Shown: positions 31,601 through 49,600 of the stretch, piece after piece | Position numbering within the stretch: the first letter of the stretch is position 1 | Layout: each line of letters starts with the position of its first letter | NCBI GenBank assembly: GCA_032718475.1 | Contig: JAUCBJ010008264.1 | Location: forward strand, 1 to 64,000 | Direction: 5' to 3' | DNA from: Nemertoderma westbladi | Taxonomy: Eukaryota; Animalia; Xenacoelomorpha | Length of the DNA stretch: 64,000 nucleotides | Notes under the pieces: model-generated | What the model was told of the DNA's origin: nothing | What the model saw: the letters and a program-made list of their open reading frames with translations, nothing else | Database searches by the model: none | Program-made: the position numbers and the translations under genes

Positions 31601-34600
31601 ATACCACTCTACCCTTACATTATACGACTACCTACTGTACCTCTCACATTATACCACCACCTACACTTACATTATACCACTACCTACCCTTACATTATAC
31701 CACTACCTACCCTTACATTATACCACTCTACCCTTACATTATACCACTACATACACTTACATTATACCACTACCTACCCTTACATTATACCACCACCTAC
31801 CCTTACATTATACCACTACCTACCGTTACATTATACCACTACCTACCCTTACATTATACCACTACCTACCCTTACATTATACCACTACCTACCCTTACAT
31901 TATACCACTACCTACCCTTACATTATACCATTACCTACCCTTACATTATACCACTACCTACCCTTACATTATACCATTACCTACCCTTACATTATACCAC
32001 TCTACCCTTACATTATACCACTACCTACCCTTACATTATACCACTACCTACCCTTACATTATACCACTACCTACCCTTACATTATACCACTACCTACCCT
32101 TACATTATACCACCACCTACCCTTACATTATACCACTACCTACCCTTACATTATACCACTACCTACCCTTACATTATACCACCACCTACCCTTACATTAT
32201 ACCACTACCTACCCTTACATTATACCACTACCTACCCTTACATTATACCACTACCTACCGTTACATTATACCACTACCTACCCTTACATTATACCACCAC
32301 CAGACTAACCACTCCTGCACTGGATAGAAACCACTACATACCCTTACATTATACCACCACCAGACTAACCACTCCTGCACTGGAAAGGAACCACTACATA
32401 CCCTTACATTATACCACTACCTACCCTTACATTATACCACTACCTACCCTTAAATTATACCACCACCAGACTAACCACTCCTGCACTGGATAGGAACCAC
32501 TACATACACTTACATTATATACCCTTACATTATACCACTACCTACCCTTACATTATATCACCACCAGACTAACCACTCCTGTACTGGATAGGAACCACTA
32601 CATACCCTTACATTATACCACTACCTACCCTTACATTATACCACCACCTACCCTTACATTATACCAATACATACCCTTACATTATACCACCACCTACACT
32701 TACATTATACCACTACCTACCCTTACATTATACCACTCTACCCTTACATTATACCACTACCTACCGTTACATTATACCACTACCTACCCTTACATTATAC
32801 CACCACCAGACTAACCACTCCTGCACTGGATAGAAACCACTACATACCCTTACATTATACCACCACCAGACTAACCACTCCTGCACTGGAAAGGAACCAC
32901 TACATACCCTTACATTATGCCACTACCTACCCTTACATTATACCACTACCTACACTTACATTATACCACCACCTACCCTTACATTATACCACTACCTACC
33001 CTTACATTATACCACCACCTACCCTTACATTATACCACCACCAGACTAACCACTCCTGCACTGGAAAGGAACCACTACATACCCTTACATTATGCCACTA
33101 CCTACCCTTGCATTATACCACTACCTACCCTTACATTATACCACCACCTACCCTTACATTATACCACTACCTACCCTTACATTATACCACCACCTACACT
33201 TACATTATACCACTACCTACCCTTACATTATACCACTACCTACCCTTACATTATACCACTACCTACCATTACATTATACCACTACCTACCCTTACATTAT
33301 ACCACCACCAGACTAACCACTCCTGTACTGGATAGGAACCACTACATACACTTACATTATATACCCTTACATTATACCACTACCTACCCTTACATTATAT
33401 CACCACCAGACTAACCACTCCTGTACTGGATAGGAACCACTACATACCCTTACATTATACCACTACCTACCCTTACATTATACCACTACCTACCGTTACA
33501 TTATACCACTACCTACCCTTACATTATACCACCACCAGACTAACCACTCCTGCACTGGATAGAAACCACTACATACCCTTACATTATACCACCACCAGAC
33601 TAACCACTCCTGCACTGGAAAGGAACCACTACATACCCTTACATTATACCACTACCTACCCTTACATTATACCACTACCTACCCTTACATTATACCACCA
33701 CCAGACTAACCACTCCTGCACTGGATAGGAACCACTACATACACTTACATTATATACCCTTACATTATACCACTACCTACCCTTACATTATATCACCACC
33801 AGACTAACCACTCCTGTACTGGATAGGAACCACTACATACACTTACATTATACCACTACCTACCCTTACATTATACCACCACCTACCCTTACATTATACC
33901 AATACATACCCTTACATTATACCACCACCTACACTTACATTATACCACTACCTACCCTTACATTATACCACTACCTACCCTTACATTATACCACTACCTA
34001 CCGTTACATTATACCACTACCTACCCTTACATTATACCACCACCAGACTAACCACTCCTGCACTGGATAGAAACCACTACATACCCTTACATTATACCAC
34101 CACCAGACTAACCACTCCTGCACTGGAAAGGAACCACTACATACCCTTACATTATACCACTACCTACCCTTACATTATACCACTACCTACCCTTACATTA
34201 TACCACCACCAGACTAACCACTCCTGCACTGGATAGGAACCACTACATACACTTACATTATATACCCTTACATTATACCACTACCTACCCTTACATTATA
34301 TCACCACCAGACTAACCACTCCTGTACTGGATAGGAACCACTACATACCCTTACATTATACCACTACCTACCCTTACATTATACCACCACCTACCCTTAC
34401 ATTATACCAATACATACCCTTACATTATACCACCACCTACACTTACATTATACCACTACCTATCCTTACATTATACCACTCTACCCTTACATTATACCAC
34501 TACCTACCGTTACATTATACCACTACCTACCCTTACATTATACCACCACCAGACTAACCACTCCTGCACTGGATAGAAACCACTACATACCCTTACATTA

Positions 34601-37600
34601 TACCACCACCAGACTAACCACTCCTGCACTGGAAAGGAACAACTACATACCCTTACATTATACCACTACCTACCCTTACATTATACCACTACCTACCCTT
34701 ACATTATACCACCACCAGACTAACCACTCCTGCACTGGATAGGAACCACTACATACACTTACATTATATACCCTTACATTATACCACTACCTACCCTTAC
34801 ATTATACCACCACCAGACTAACCACTCCTGCACTGGATAGAAACCACTACATACCCTTACATTATACCACCACCAGACTAACCACTCCTGCACTGGAAAG
34901 GAACCACTACATACCCTTACATTATACCACTACCTACCCTTACATTACACCACTACCTACCCTTACATTATACCACCACCAGACTAACCACTCCTGCACT
35001 GGATAGGAACCACTACATACACTTACATTATATACCCTTACATTATACCACTACCTACCCTTACATTATATCACCACCAGACTAACCACTCCTGTACTGG
35101 ATAGGAACCACTACATACCTTTACATTATACCATTACCTACCCTTACATTATACCACTACCTACCCTTACATTATACCACTACCTACCCTTACATTATAC
35201 CACCACCAGACTAACCACTCCTGCACTGGATAGAAACCACTACATACCCTTACATTATACCACCACCAGACTAACCACTCCTGCACTGGAAAGGAACCAC
35301 TACATACCCTTACATTATACCACTACCTACCCTTACATTATACCACTACCTACCCTTACATTATACCACTACCTACCGTTACATTATACCACTACCTACC
35401 CTTACATTATACCACTACCTACCCTTACATTATACCACTACCTACCCTTACATTACACCACTACCTACCCTTACATTATACCACCACCAGACTAACCACT
35501 CCTGCACTGGATAGAAACCACTACATACCCTTACATTATACCACCACCAGACTAACCACTCCTGCACTGGAAAGGAACCACTACATACCCTTACATTATA
35601 CCACTACCTAGCCTTACATTATACCACTACCTACCCTTACATTATACCACCACCAGACTAACCACTCCTGCACTGGATAGGAACCACTACATACACTTAC
35701 ATTATATACCCTTACATTATACCACTACCTACCCTTACATTATATCACCACCAGACTAACCACTCCTGTACTGGATAGGAACCACTACATACCCTTACAT
35801 TATACCACTACCTACCCTTACATTATACCACTACCTACCCTTACATTATACCACTAACTACCCTTACATTATACCACCACCAGACTAACCACTCCTGCAC
35901 TGGATAGAAACCACTACATACCCTTACATTATACCACCACCAGACTAACCACTCCTGCACTGGAAAGGAACCACTACATACCCTTACATTATACCACTAC
36001 CTACCCTTACATTATACCACTACCTACCCTTACATTATACCACCACCAGACTAACCACTCCTGCACTGGATAGGAACCACTACATACACTTACATTATAT
36101 ACCCTTACATTATACCACTACCTACCCTTACATTATATCACCACCAGACTAACCACTCCTGTACTGGATAGGAACCACTACATACCCTTACATTATACCA
36201 CTACCTACCCTTACATTATACCACTACCTACCCTTACATTATACCACTACCTACCCTTACATTATACCACCACCAGACTAACCACTCCTGTACTGGATAG
36301 GAACCACTACATACCCTTACATTATACCACTACCTACCCTTACATTATACCACTACCTACCCTTACATTATACCACTACCTACCCTTACATTATACCACT
36401 CTACCCTTACATTATACCACTACCTACCCTTACATTATACCACTACCTACCCTTACATTATACCAATACATACCCTTACATTATACCACCACCTACACTT
36501 ACATTATACCACTACCTACACTTACATTATACCACTACCTACCCTTACATTATACCACTACCTACCCTTACATTATACCACTACCTACCCTTACATTATA
36601 CCAATACATACCCTTACATTATACCACTACCTACCCTTACATTATACCACTACCTACCCTTACATTATACCACTACCTACCCTTACATTATACCACCACC
36701 TACACTTACATTATACCACTACCTACACTTACATTATACCACTACATACCCTTACATTATACCACTACCTACCCTTACATTATACCACTACCTACCCTTA
36801 CATTATACCACTACCTACCCTTACATTATACCACTCTACCCTTACATTATACCACTACCTACCCTTACATTATACCACTACCTACCCTTACATTATACCA
36901 ATACATACCCTTACATTATACCACCACCTACACTTACATTATACCACTACCTACACTTACATTATACCACTACCTACCCTTACATTATACCACTACCTAC
37001 CCTTACATTATACCACTACCTACCCTTACATTATACCACTCTACCCTTACATTATACCACTACCTACCCTTACATTATACCACTACCTACCCTTACATTA
37101 TACCAATACATACCCTTACATTATACCACCACCTACACTTACATTATACCACTACCTACACTTACATTATACCACTACCTACCCTTACATTATACCACTA
37201 CCTACTCTTACATTATACCACTACCTACCCTTACATTATACCAATACATACCCTTACATTATACCACCACCTACACTTACATTATACCACTACCTACACT
37301 TACATTATACCACTACCTACCCTTACATTATACCACTACCTACCCTTACATTATACCACCACCAGACTAACCACTCCTGTACTGGATAGGAACCACTACC
37401 TACCCTTACATTATACCACTACCTACCCTTACATTATACCACTACCTACCCTTACATTATACCAATACATACCCTTACATTATACCACCACCTACACTTA
37501 CATTATACCACTACCTACACTTACATTATACCACTACCTACCCTTACATTATACCACTACCTACCCTTACATTATACCACTACCTACCCTTACATTATAC

Positions 37601-40600
37601 CAATACATACCCTTACATTATACCACCACCTACACTTACATTATACCACTACCTACACTTACATTATACCACTACCTACCCTTACATTATACCACTACCT
37701 ACCCTTACATTATACCACTACCTACCCTTACATTATACCAATACATACCCTTACATTATACCACCACCTACACTTACATTATACCACTACCTACACTTAC
37801 ATTATACCACTACCTACCCTTACATTATACCACTACCTACCCTTACATTATACCACTACCTACCCTTACATTATACCACTACCTACCCTTACATTATACC
37901 ACCACCTACCCTTACATTATACCACTACCTACCGTTACATTATACCACTACCTACCCTTACATTATACCACTACCTACCCTTACATTATACCACTACCTA
38001 CCCTTACATTATACCACCACCAGACTAACCACTCCTGTACTGGATAGGAACCACTACATACCTTTACATTATACCACTACCTACCCTTACATTATACCAC
38101 TACATACCCTTACATTATACCACTACCTACCCTTACATTATACCACTACCTACCCTTACATTATACGACTCTACCCTTACATTATACCACTACCTACCCT
38201 TACATTATACCACTACCTACCCTTACATTATACCACTCTACCCTTACATTATAACACTACCTACCCTTACATTATACCACTACCTACCCTTACATTATAC
38301 CACCACCTACCCTTACATTATACCACTACCTACCCTTACATTATACCACCACCTACACTTACATTATACCACTACCTACCCTTACATTATACCACTACCT
38401 ACCCTTACATTATACAACTACCTACCCTTACATTATACCACTCTACCCTTACATTATACCACCACCTACACTTACATTATACCACTACCTACCCTTACAT
38501 TATACCACTCTACCCTTACATTATACCACTACCTACCCTTACATTATACCACCACCTACCCTTACATTATACCACTACCTACCCTTACATTATACCACTA
38601 CCTACCCTTACATTATACCACCACCTACCCTTACATTATACCACTACCTACCCTTACATTATAACACTACCTACCCTTACATTATACCACTACCTACCCT
38701 TACATTATACCACCACCTACACTTACATTATACCACTACCTACCCTTACATTATACCACTCTACCCTTACATTATACCACTACATACCCTTACATTATAC
38801 CACTAACTACCCTTACATTATACCACTACCTACCCTTACATTATACCACTCTACCCTTACATTATACGACTACCTACTGTACCTCTCACATTATACCACC
38901 ACCTACCCTTACATTATACCACTACCTACCCTTACATTATACCACTACCTACCCTTACATTATACCACTCTACCCTTACATTATACCACTACATACACTT
39001 ACATTATACCACTACCTACCCTTACATTATACCACCACCTACCCTTACATTATACCACTACCTACCGTTACATTATACCACTACCTACCCTTACATTATA
39101 CCACTACCTACCCTTACATTATGCCACTACCTACCCTTACATTATACCACTACCTACCCTTACATTATACCATTACCTACCCTTACATTATACCACTACC
39201 TACCCTTACATTATACCATTACCTACCCTTACATTATACCACTCTACCCTTACATTATACCACTACCTACCCTTACATTATACCACTACCTACCCTTACA
39301 TTATACCACTACCTACCCTTACATTATACCACTACCTACCCTTACATTATACCACCACCTACCCTTACATTATACCACTACCTACCCTTACATTATACCA
39401 CTACCTACCCTTACATTATACCACCACCTACCCTTACATTATACCACTACCTACCCTTACATTATACCACTACCTACCCTTACATTATACCACTACCTAC
39501 CGTTACATTATACCACTACCTACCCTTACATTATACCACCACCAGACTAACCACTCCTGCACTGGATAGAAACCACTACATACCCTTACATTATACCACC
39601 ACCAGACTAACCACTCCTGCACTGGAAAGGAACCACTACATACCCTTACATTATACCACTACCTACCCTTACATTATACCACTACCTACCCTTACATTAT
39701 ACCACCACCAGACTAACCACTCCTGCACTGGATAGGAACCACTACATACACTTACATTATATACCCTTACATTATACCACTACCTACCCTTACATTATAT
39801 CACCACCAGACTAACCACTCCTGTACTGGATAGGAACCACTACATACCCTTACATTATACCACTACCTACCCTTACATTATACCACCACCTACCCTTACA
39901 TTATACCAATACATACCCTTACATTATACCACCACCTACACTTACATTATACCACTACCTACCCTTACATTATACCACTCTACCCTTACATTATACCACT
40001 ACCTACCGTTACATTATACCACTACCTACCCTTACATTATACCACCACCAGACTAACCACTCCTGCACTGGATAGAAACCACTACATACCCTTACATTAT
40101 ACCACCACCAGACTAACCACTCCTGCACTGGAAAGGAACCACTACATACCCTTACATTATGCCACTACCTACCCTTACATTATACCACTACCTACACTTA
40201 CATTATACCACCACCTACCCTTACATTATACCACTACCTACCCTTACATTATACCACCACCTACCCTTACATTATACCACCACCAGACTAACCACTCCTG
40301 CACTGGAAAGGAACCACTACATACCCTTACATTATGCCACTACCTACCCTTGCATTATACCACTACCTACCCTTACATTATACCACCACCTACCCTTACA
40401 TTATACCACTACCTACCCTTACATTATACCACCACCTACACTTACATTATACCACTACCTACCCTTACATTATACCACTACCTACCCTTACATTATACCA
40501 CTACCTACCATTACATTATACCACTACCTACCCTTACATTATACCACCACCAGACTAACCACTCCTGTACTGGATAGGAACCACTACATACACTTACATT

Positions 40601-43600
40601 ATATACCCTTACATTATACCACTACCTACCCTTACATTATATCACCACCAGACTAACCACTCCTGTACTGGATAGGAACCACTACATACCCTTACATTAT
40701 ACCACTACCTACCCTTACATTATACCACTACCTACCGTTACATTATACCACTACCTACCCTTACATTATACCACCACCAGACTAACCACTCCTGCACTGG
40801 ATAGAAACCACTACATACCCTTACATTATACCACCACCAGACTAACCACTCCTGCACTGGAAAGGAACCACTACATACCCTTACATTATACCACTACCTA
40901 CCCTTACATTATACCACTACCTACCCTTACATTATACCACCACCAGACTAACCACTCCTGCACTGGATAGGAACCACTACATACACTTACATTATATACC
41001 CTTACATTATACCACTACCTACCCTTACATTATATCACCACCAGACTAACCACTCCTGTACTGGATAGGAACCACTACATACACTTACATTATACCACTA
41101 CCTACCCTTACATTATACCACCACCTACCCTTACATTATACCAATACATACCCTTACATTATACCACCACCTACACTTACATTATACCACTACCTACCCT
41201 TACATTATACCACTACCTACCCTTACATTATACCACTACCTACCGTTACATTATACCACTACCTACCCTTACATTATACCACCACCAGACTAACCACTCC
41301 TGCACTGGATAGAAACCACTACATACCCTTACATTATACCACCACCAGACTAACCACTCCTGCACTGGAAAGGAACCACTACATACCCTTACATTATACC
41401 ACTACCTACCCTTACATTATACCACTACCTACCCTTACATTATACCACCACCAGACTAACCACTCCTGCACTGGATAGGAACCACTACATACACTTACAT
41501 TATATACCCTTACATTATACCACTACCTACCCTTACATTATATCACCACCAGACTAACCACTCCTGTACTGGATAGGAACCACTACATACCCTTACATTA
41601 TACCACTACCTACCCTTACATTATACCACCACCTACCCTTACATTATACCAATACATACCCTTACATTATACCACCACCTACACTTACATTATACCACTA
41701 CCTACCCTTACATTATACCACTCTACCCTTACATTATACCACTACCTACCGTTACATTATACCACTACCTACCCTTACATTATACCACCACCAGACTAAC
41801 CACTCCTGCACTGGATAGAAACCACTACATACCCTTACATTATACCACCACCAGACTAACCACTCCTGCACTGGAAAGGAACAACTACATACCCTTACAT
41901 TATACCACTACCTACCCTTACATTATACCACTACCTACCCTTACATTATACCACCACCAGACTAACCACTCCTGCACTGGATAGGAACCACTACATACAC
42001 TTACATTATATACCCTTACATTATACCACTACCTACCCTTACATTATACCACCACCAGACTAACCACTCCTGCACTGGATAGAAACCACTACATACCCTT
42101 ACATTATACCACCACCAGACTAACCACTCCTGCACTGGAAAGGAACCACTACATACCCTTACATTATACCACTACCTACCCTTACATTACACCACTACCT
42201 ACCCTTACATTATACCACCACCAGACTAACCACTCCTGCACTGGATAGGAACCACTACATACACTTACATTATATACCCTTACATTATACCACTACCTAC
42301 CCTTACATTATATCACCACCAGACTAACCACTCCTGTACTGGATAGGAACCACTACATACCTTTACATTATACCATTACCTACCCTTACATTATACCACT
42401 ACCTACCCTTACATTATACCACTACCTACCCTTACATTATACCACCACCAGACTAACCACTCCTGCACTGGATAGAAACCACTACATACCCTTACATTAT
42501 ACCACCACCAGACTAACCACTCCTGCACTGGAAAGGAACCACTACATACCCTTACATTATACCACTACCTACCCTTACATTATACCACTACCTACCCTTA
42601 CATTATACCACTACCTACCGTTACATTATACCACTACCTACCCTTACATTATACCACTACCTACCCTTACATTATACCACTACCTACCCTTACATTACAC
42701 CACTACCTACCCTTACATTATACCACCACCAGACTAACCACTCCTGCACTGGATAGAAACCACTACATACCCTTACATTATACCACCACCAGACTAACCA
42801 CTCCTGCACTGGAAAGGAACCACTACATACCCTTACATTATACCACTACCTACCCTTACATTATACCACTACCTACCCTTACATTATACCACCACCAGAC
42901 TAACCACTCCTGCACTGGATAGGAACCACTACATACACTTACATTATATACCCTTACATTATACCACTACCTACCCTTACATTATATCACCACCAGACTA
43001 ACCACTCCTGTACTGGATAGGAACCACTACATACCCTTACATTATACCACTACCTACCCTTACATTATACCACTACCTACCCTTACATTATACCACCACC
43101 AGACTAACCACTCCTGCACTGGATAGAAACCACTACATACCCTTACATTATACCACCACCAGACTAACCACTCCTGCACTGGAAAGGAACCACTACATAC
43201 CCTTACATTATACCACTACCTACCCTTACATTATACCACTACCTACCCTTACATTATACCACCACCAGACTAACCACTCCTGCACTGGATAGGAACCACT
43301 ACATACACTTACATTATATACCCTTACATTATACCACTACCTACCCTTACATTATATCACCACCAGACTAACCACTCCTGTACTGGATAGGAACCACTAC
43401 ATACCCTTACATTATACCACTACCTACCCTTACATTATACCACTACCTACCCTTACATTATACCACTACCTACCCTTACATTATACCACCACCAGACTAA
43501 CCACTCCTGTACTGGATAGGAACCACTACCTACCCTTACATTATACCACTACCTACCCTTACATTATACCACTACCTACCCTTACATTATACCACTCTAC

Positions 43601-46600
43601 CCTTACATTATACCACTACCTACCCTTACATTATACCACTACCTACCCTTACATTATACCAATACATACCCTTACATTATACCACCACCTACACTTACAT
43701 TATACCACTACCTACACTTACATTATACCACTACCTACCCTTACATTATACCACTACCTACCCTTACATTATACCACTACCTACCCTTACATTATACCAA
43801 TACATACCCTTACATTATACCACCACCTACACTTACATTATACCACTACCTACACTTACATTATACCACTACCTACCCTTACATTATACCACTACCTACC
43901 CTTACATTATACCACTACCTACCCTTACATTATACCACTACCTACCCTTACATTATACCACCACCTACCCTTACATTATACCACTACCTACCGTTACATT
44001 ATACCACTACCTACCCTTACATTATACCACTACCTACCCTTACATTATACCACTACCTACCCTTACATTATACCACCACCAGACTAACCACTCCTGTACT
44101 GGATAGGAACCACTACATACCTTTACATTATACCACTACCTACCCTTACATTATACTACTACCTACCCTTACATTATACCACTACCTACCCTTACATTAT
44201 ACCACCACCAGACTAACCACTCCTGTACTGGATAGGAACCACTACATACCCTTACATTATACCACTACCTACCATTACATTATACCACTACCTACCCTTA
44301 CATTATACCACTACCTACCCTTACATTATACCACTACCTACCCTTACATTATACCACCACCAGACTAACCACTCCTGTACTGGATAGGAACCACTACATA
44401 CCCTTACATTATACCACTACCTACCATTACATTATACCACTACCTACCCTTACATTATACCACCACCAGACTAACCACTCCTGCACTGGATAGGAACCAC
44501 TACATACCCTTACATTATACCACTACCTACCCTTACATTATACCACTACCTACCCTTACATTATACCACCACCAGACTAACCACTCCTGTACTGGATAGG
44601 AACCACTACATACCCTTACATTATACCACTACCTACCATTACATTATACCACTACCTACCCTTACATTATACCACCACCAGACTAACCACTCCTGCACTG
44701 GATAGGAACCACTACATACCCTTACATTATACCACTACCTACCCTTACATTATACCACTACCTACCCTTACATTATACCACCACCAGACTAACCACTCCT
44801 GTACTGGATAGGAACCACTACATACCCTTACATTATACCACTACCTACCATTACATTATACCACTACCTACCCTTACATTATACCACCACCAGACTAACC
44901 ACTCCTGCACTGGATAGGAACCACTACATACCCTTACATTATACCACTACCTACCCTTACATTATACCACTACCTACCCTTACATTATACCACTACCTAC
45001 CCTTACATTATACCACCACCAGACTAACCACTCCTGCACTGGATAGGAACCACTACATACCCTTACATTATACCACTACCTACCCTTACATTATACCACT
45101 ACCTACCCTTACATTATACCACTACCTACCCTTACATTATACCACCACCAGACTAACCACTCCTGTACTGGATAGGAACCACTACATACCCTTACATTAT
45201 ACCACTACCTACCCTTACATTATACCACTACCTACCCTTACATTATACCATTACCTACCGTTACATTATACCACTACCTACCCTTACATTATACCACTAC
45301 CTACCCTTACATTATACCATTACCTACCGTTACATTATACCACTACCTACCGTTACATTATACCATTACCTACCCTTACATTACACCACTACCTACCCTT
45401 ACATTATACCACCACCAGACTAACCACTCCTGTACTGGATAGGAACCACTACATACCCTTACATTATACCACTACCTACCCTTACATTATACCACTACCT
45501 ACCCTTTCATTATACCACTACCTACCCTTACATTATACCACCACCTACCCTTACATTATACCACTACCTACCCTTACATTATACCACCACCTACCCTTAC
45601 ATTATACCACTACCTACCCTTACATTATACCACTACCTACCCTTACATTATACCACTACCTACCCTTACATTATACCACTACCTACCCTTACATTATACC
45701 ACTACCTACCCTTACATTATACCACTACCTACCCTTACATTATACCACTACCTACCCTTACATTATACCACTACCTACCCTTACATTATACCACTACCTA
45801 CCCTTACATTATACCACCACATACCCTTACATTATACCACTACCTACCCTTACATTATACCACTACCTACCCTTACATTATACCACTACCTACCCTTACA
45901 TTATACCACCACCTACCCTTACATTATACCACCACCTACCCTTACATTATACCACTACCTACCCTTACATTATACCACTACCTACCCTTACATTATACCA
46001 CTACCTACCCTTACATTATACCACTACCTACCCTTACATTATACCACCACCTACCCTTACATTATACCACTACCTACCCTTACATTATACCACTACCTAC
46101 CCTTACATTATACCACTACCTACCCTTACATTATACCACTACCTACCCTTACATTATACCACTACCTACCCTTACATTATACCACTACCTACCCTTACAT
46201 TATACCACTACCTACCCTTACATTATACCACCACATACCCTTACATTATACCACTACCTACCCTTACATTATACCACTACCTACCCTTACATTATACCAC
46301 TACCTACCCTTACATTATACCACCACCTACCCTTACATTATACCACTACCTACCCTTACATTATACCACTACCTACCCTTACATTATACCACTACCTACC
46401 CTTACATTATACCACTACCTACCCTTACATTATACCACTACCTACCCTTACATTATACCACTACCTACCCTTACATTATACCACTACCTACCCTTACATT
46501 ATACCACTACCTACCCTTACATTATACCACTACCTACCCTTACATTATACCACTACCTACCCTTACATTATACTACTACCTACCCTTACATTATACCACT

Positions 46601-49600
46601 ACCTACCCTTACATTATACCACTACCTACCCTTACATTATACCACTACCTACCCTTACATTATACCACTACCTACCCTTACATTATACCACTACCTACCC
46701 TTACATTATACCACTACCTACCCTTACATTATACCACTACCTACCCTTACATTATACCACCACATACCCTTACATTATACCACTACCTACCCTTACATTA
46801 TACCACTACCTACCCTTACATTATACCACTACCTACCCTTACATTATACCACTACCTACCCTTACATTATACCACTACCTACCCTTACATTATACCACTA
46901 CCTACCCTTACATTATACCACTACCTACCCTTACATTATACCACTACCTACCCTTACATTATACCACCACATACCCTTACATTATACCACTACCTACCCT
47001 TACATTATACCACTACCTACCCTTACATTATACCACTACCTACCCTTACATTATACCACCACCTACCCTTACATTATACCACCACCTACCCTTACATTAT
47101 ACCACTACCTACCCTTACATTATACCACTACCTACCCTTACATTATACCACTACCTACCCTTACATTATACCACTACCTACCCTTACATTATACCACTAC
47201 CTACCGTTACATTATACCACTACCTACCCTTACATTATACCACTACCTACCCTTACATTATACCACTACCTACCCTTACATTATACCATTACCTACCCTT
47301 ACATTACACCACTACCTACCCTTACATTATACCACCACCAGACTAACCACTCCTGTACTGGATAGGAACCACTACATACCTTTACATTATACCATTACCT
47401 ACCCTTACATTATACCACTACCTACCCTTTCATTATACCACTACCTACCGTTACATTATACCACCACCTACCCTTACATTATACCACTACCTACCCTTAC
47501 ATTATACCACTACCTACCCTTACATTATACCACTACCTACCCTTACATTATACCACTACCTACCCTTACATTATACCACTACCTACCCTTACATTATACC
47601 ACTACCTACCCTTACATTATACCACTACCTACCCTTACATTATACCACTACCTACCCTTACATTATACCACTACCTACCCTTACATTATACCACTACCTA
47701 CCCTTACATTATACCACTACCTACCCTTACATTATACCATTACCTACCCTTACATTACACCACTACCTACCCTTACATTATACCACCACCAGACTAACCA
47801 CTCCTGTACTGGATAGGAACCACTACATACCTTTACATTATACCATTACCTACCCTTACATTATACCACTACCTACCCTTTCATTATACCACTACCTACC
47901 GTTACATTATACCACCACCTACCCTTACATTATACCACTACCTACCCTTACATTATACCACTACCTACCCTTACATTATACCACTACCTACCCTTACATT
48001 ATACCACTACCTACCCTTACATTATACCACTACCTACCCTTACATTATACCACTACCTACCCTTACATTATACCACTACCTACCCTTACATTATACCACT
48101 ACCTACCCTTACATTATACCATTACCTACCCTTACATTACACCACTACCTACCCTTACATTATACCACCACCAGACTAACCACTCCTGTACTGGATAGGA
48201 ACCACTACATACCTTTACATTATACCATTACCTACCCTTACATTATACCACTACCTACCCTTACATTATACCACTACCTACCCTTACATTATACCACCAC
48301 CTACCCTTAAATTATACCACCACCAGACTAACCACTCCTGTACTGGATAGGAACCACTACATACCTTTACATTATACCATTACCTACCCTTACATTATAC
48401 CACTACCTACCCTTACATTACACCACTACCTACCCTTACATTATACCACCACCAGACTAACCACTCCTGTACTGGATAGGAACCACTACATACCTTTACA
48501 TTATACCACTACCTACCCTTACATTATACCACTACCTACCCTTACATTATACCACTACCTACCCTTACATTATACCACTACCTACCCTTACATTATACCA
48601 CTACCTACCCTTACATTATACCACTACCTACCCTTACATTATACCACCACCAGACTAACCACTCCTGTACTGGATAGGAACCACTACATACCTTTACATT
48701 ATACCACTACCTACCCTTACATTATACCACTACCTACCCTTACATTATACCACTACCTACCCTTACATTATACCACTACCTACCCTTACATTATACCACT
48801 ACCTACCCTTACATTATACCACTACCTACCCTTACATTATATACCCTTACATTATACCACTACCTACCCTTACATTATAACACCACCAGACTAACCACTC
48901 CTGCACTGGATAGGAACCACTACATACCTTTACATTATACCACTACCTACCCTTACATTATACCACTACCTACCCTTACATTATACCACTACCTACCCTT
49001 ACATTATACCACTACCTACCCTTACATTATACCACTACCTACCCTTACATTATACCACTACCTACCCTTACATTACACCACTACCTACCCTTACATTATA
49101 CCACTACCTACCCTTACATTATACCACTACCTACCCTTACATTACACCACTACCTACCCTTACATTATACCACTACCTACCCTTACATTACACCACTACC
49201 TACCCTTACATTATACCACTACCTACCCTTACATTATACCACTACCTACCCTTACATTACACCACTACCTACCCTTACATTATACCACTACCTACCCTTA
49301 CATTATACCACTACCTACCCTTACATTATACCACTACCTACCCTTACATTACACCACTACCTACCCTTACATTACACCACTACCTACCCTTACATTATAC
49401 CACTACCTACCCTTACATTATACCACTACCTACCCTTACATTACACCACTACCTACCCTTACATTATACCACTACCTACCCTTACATTATACCACTACCT
49501 ACCCTTACATTATACCACTACCTACCCTTACATTATACCACTACCTACCCTTACATTACACCACTACCTACCCTTACATTATACCACTACCTACCCTTAC

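Noticed and set aside
10903-40656. Plus-strand ORFs encoding (YHYLPLHYTTTYPYIIPLPTLTL)n
   Set aside because: By-product of a nearly G-free 23-bp repeat that lacks stop codons; frames shift freely and starts are incidental variants
17300-45450. Repeat/insert alternation resembling a CRISPR array
   Set aside because: The inserts are near-identical rather than unique spacers, there are no cas genes, and the context is a spliced eukaryotic gene
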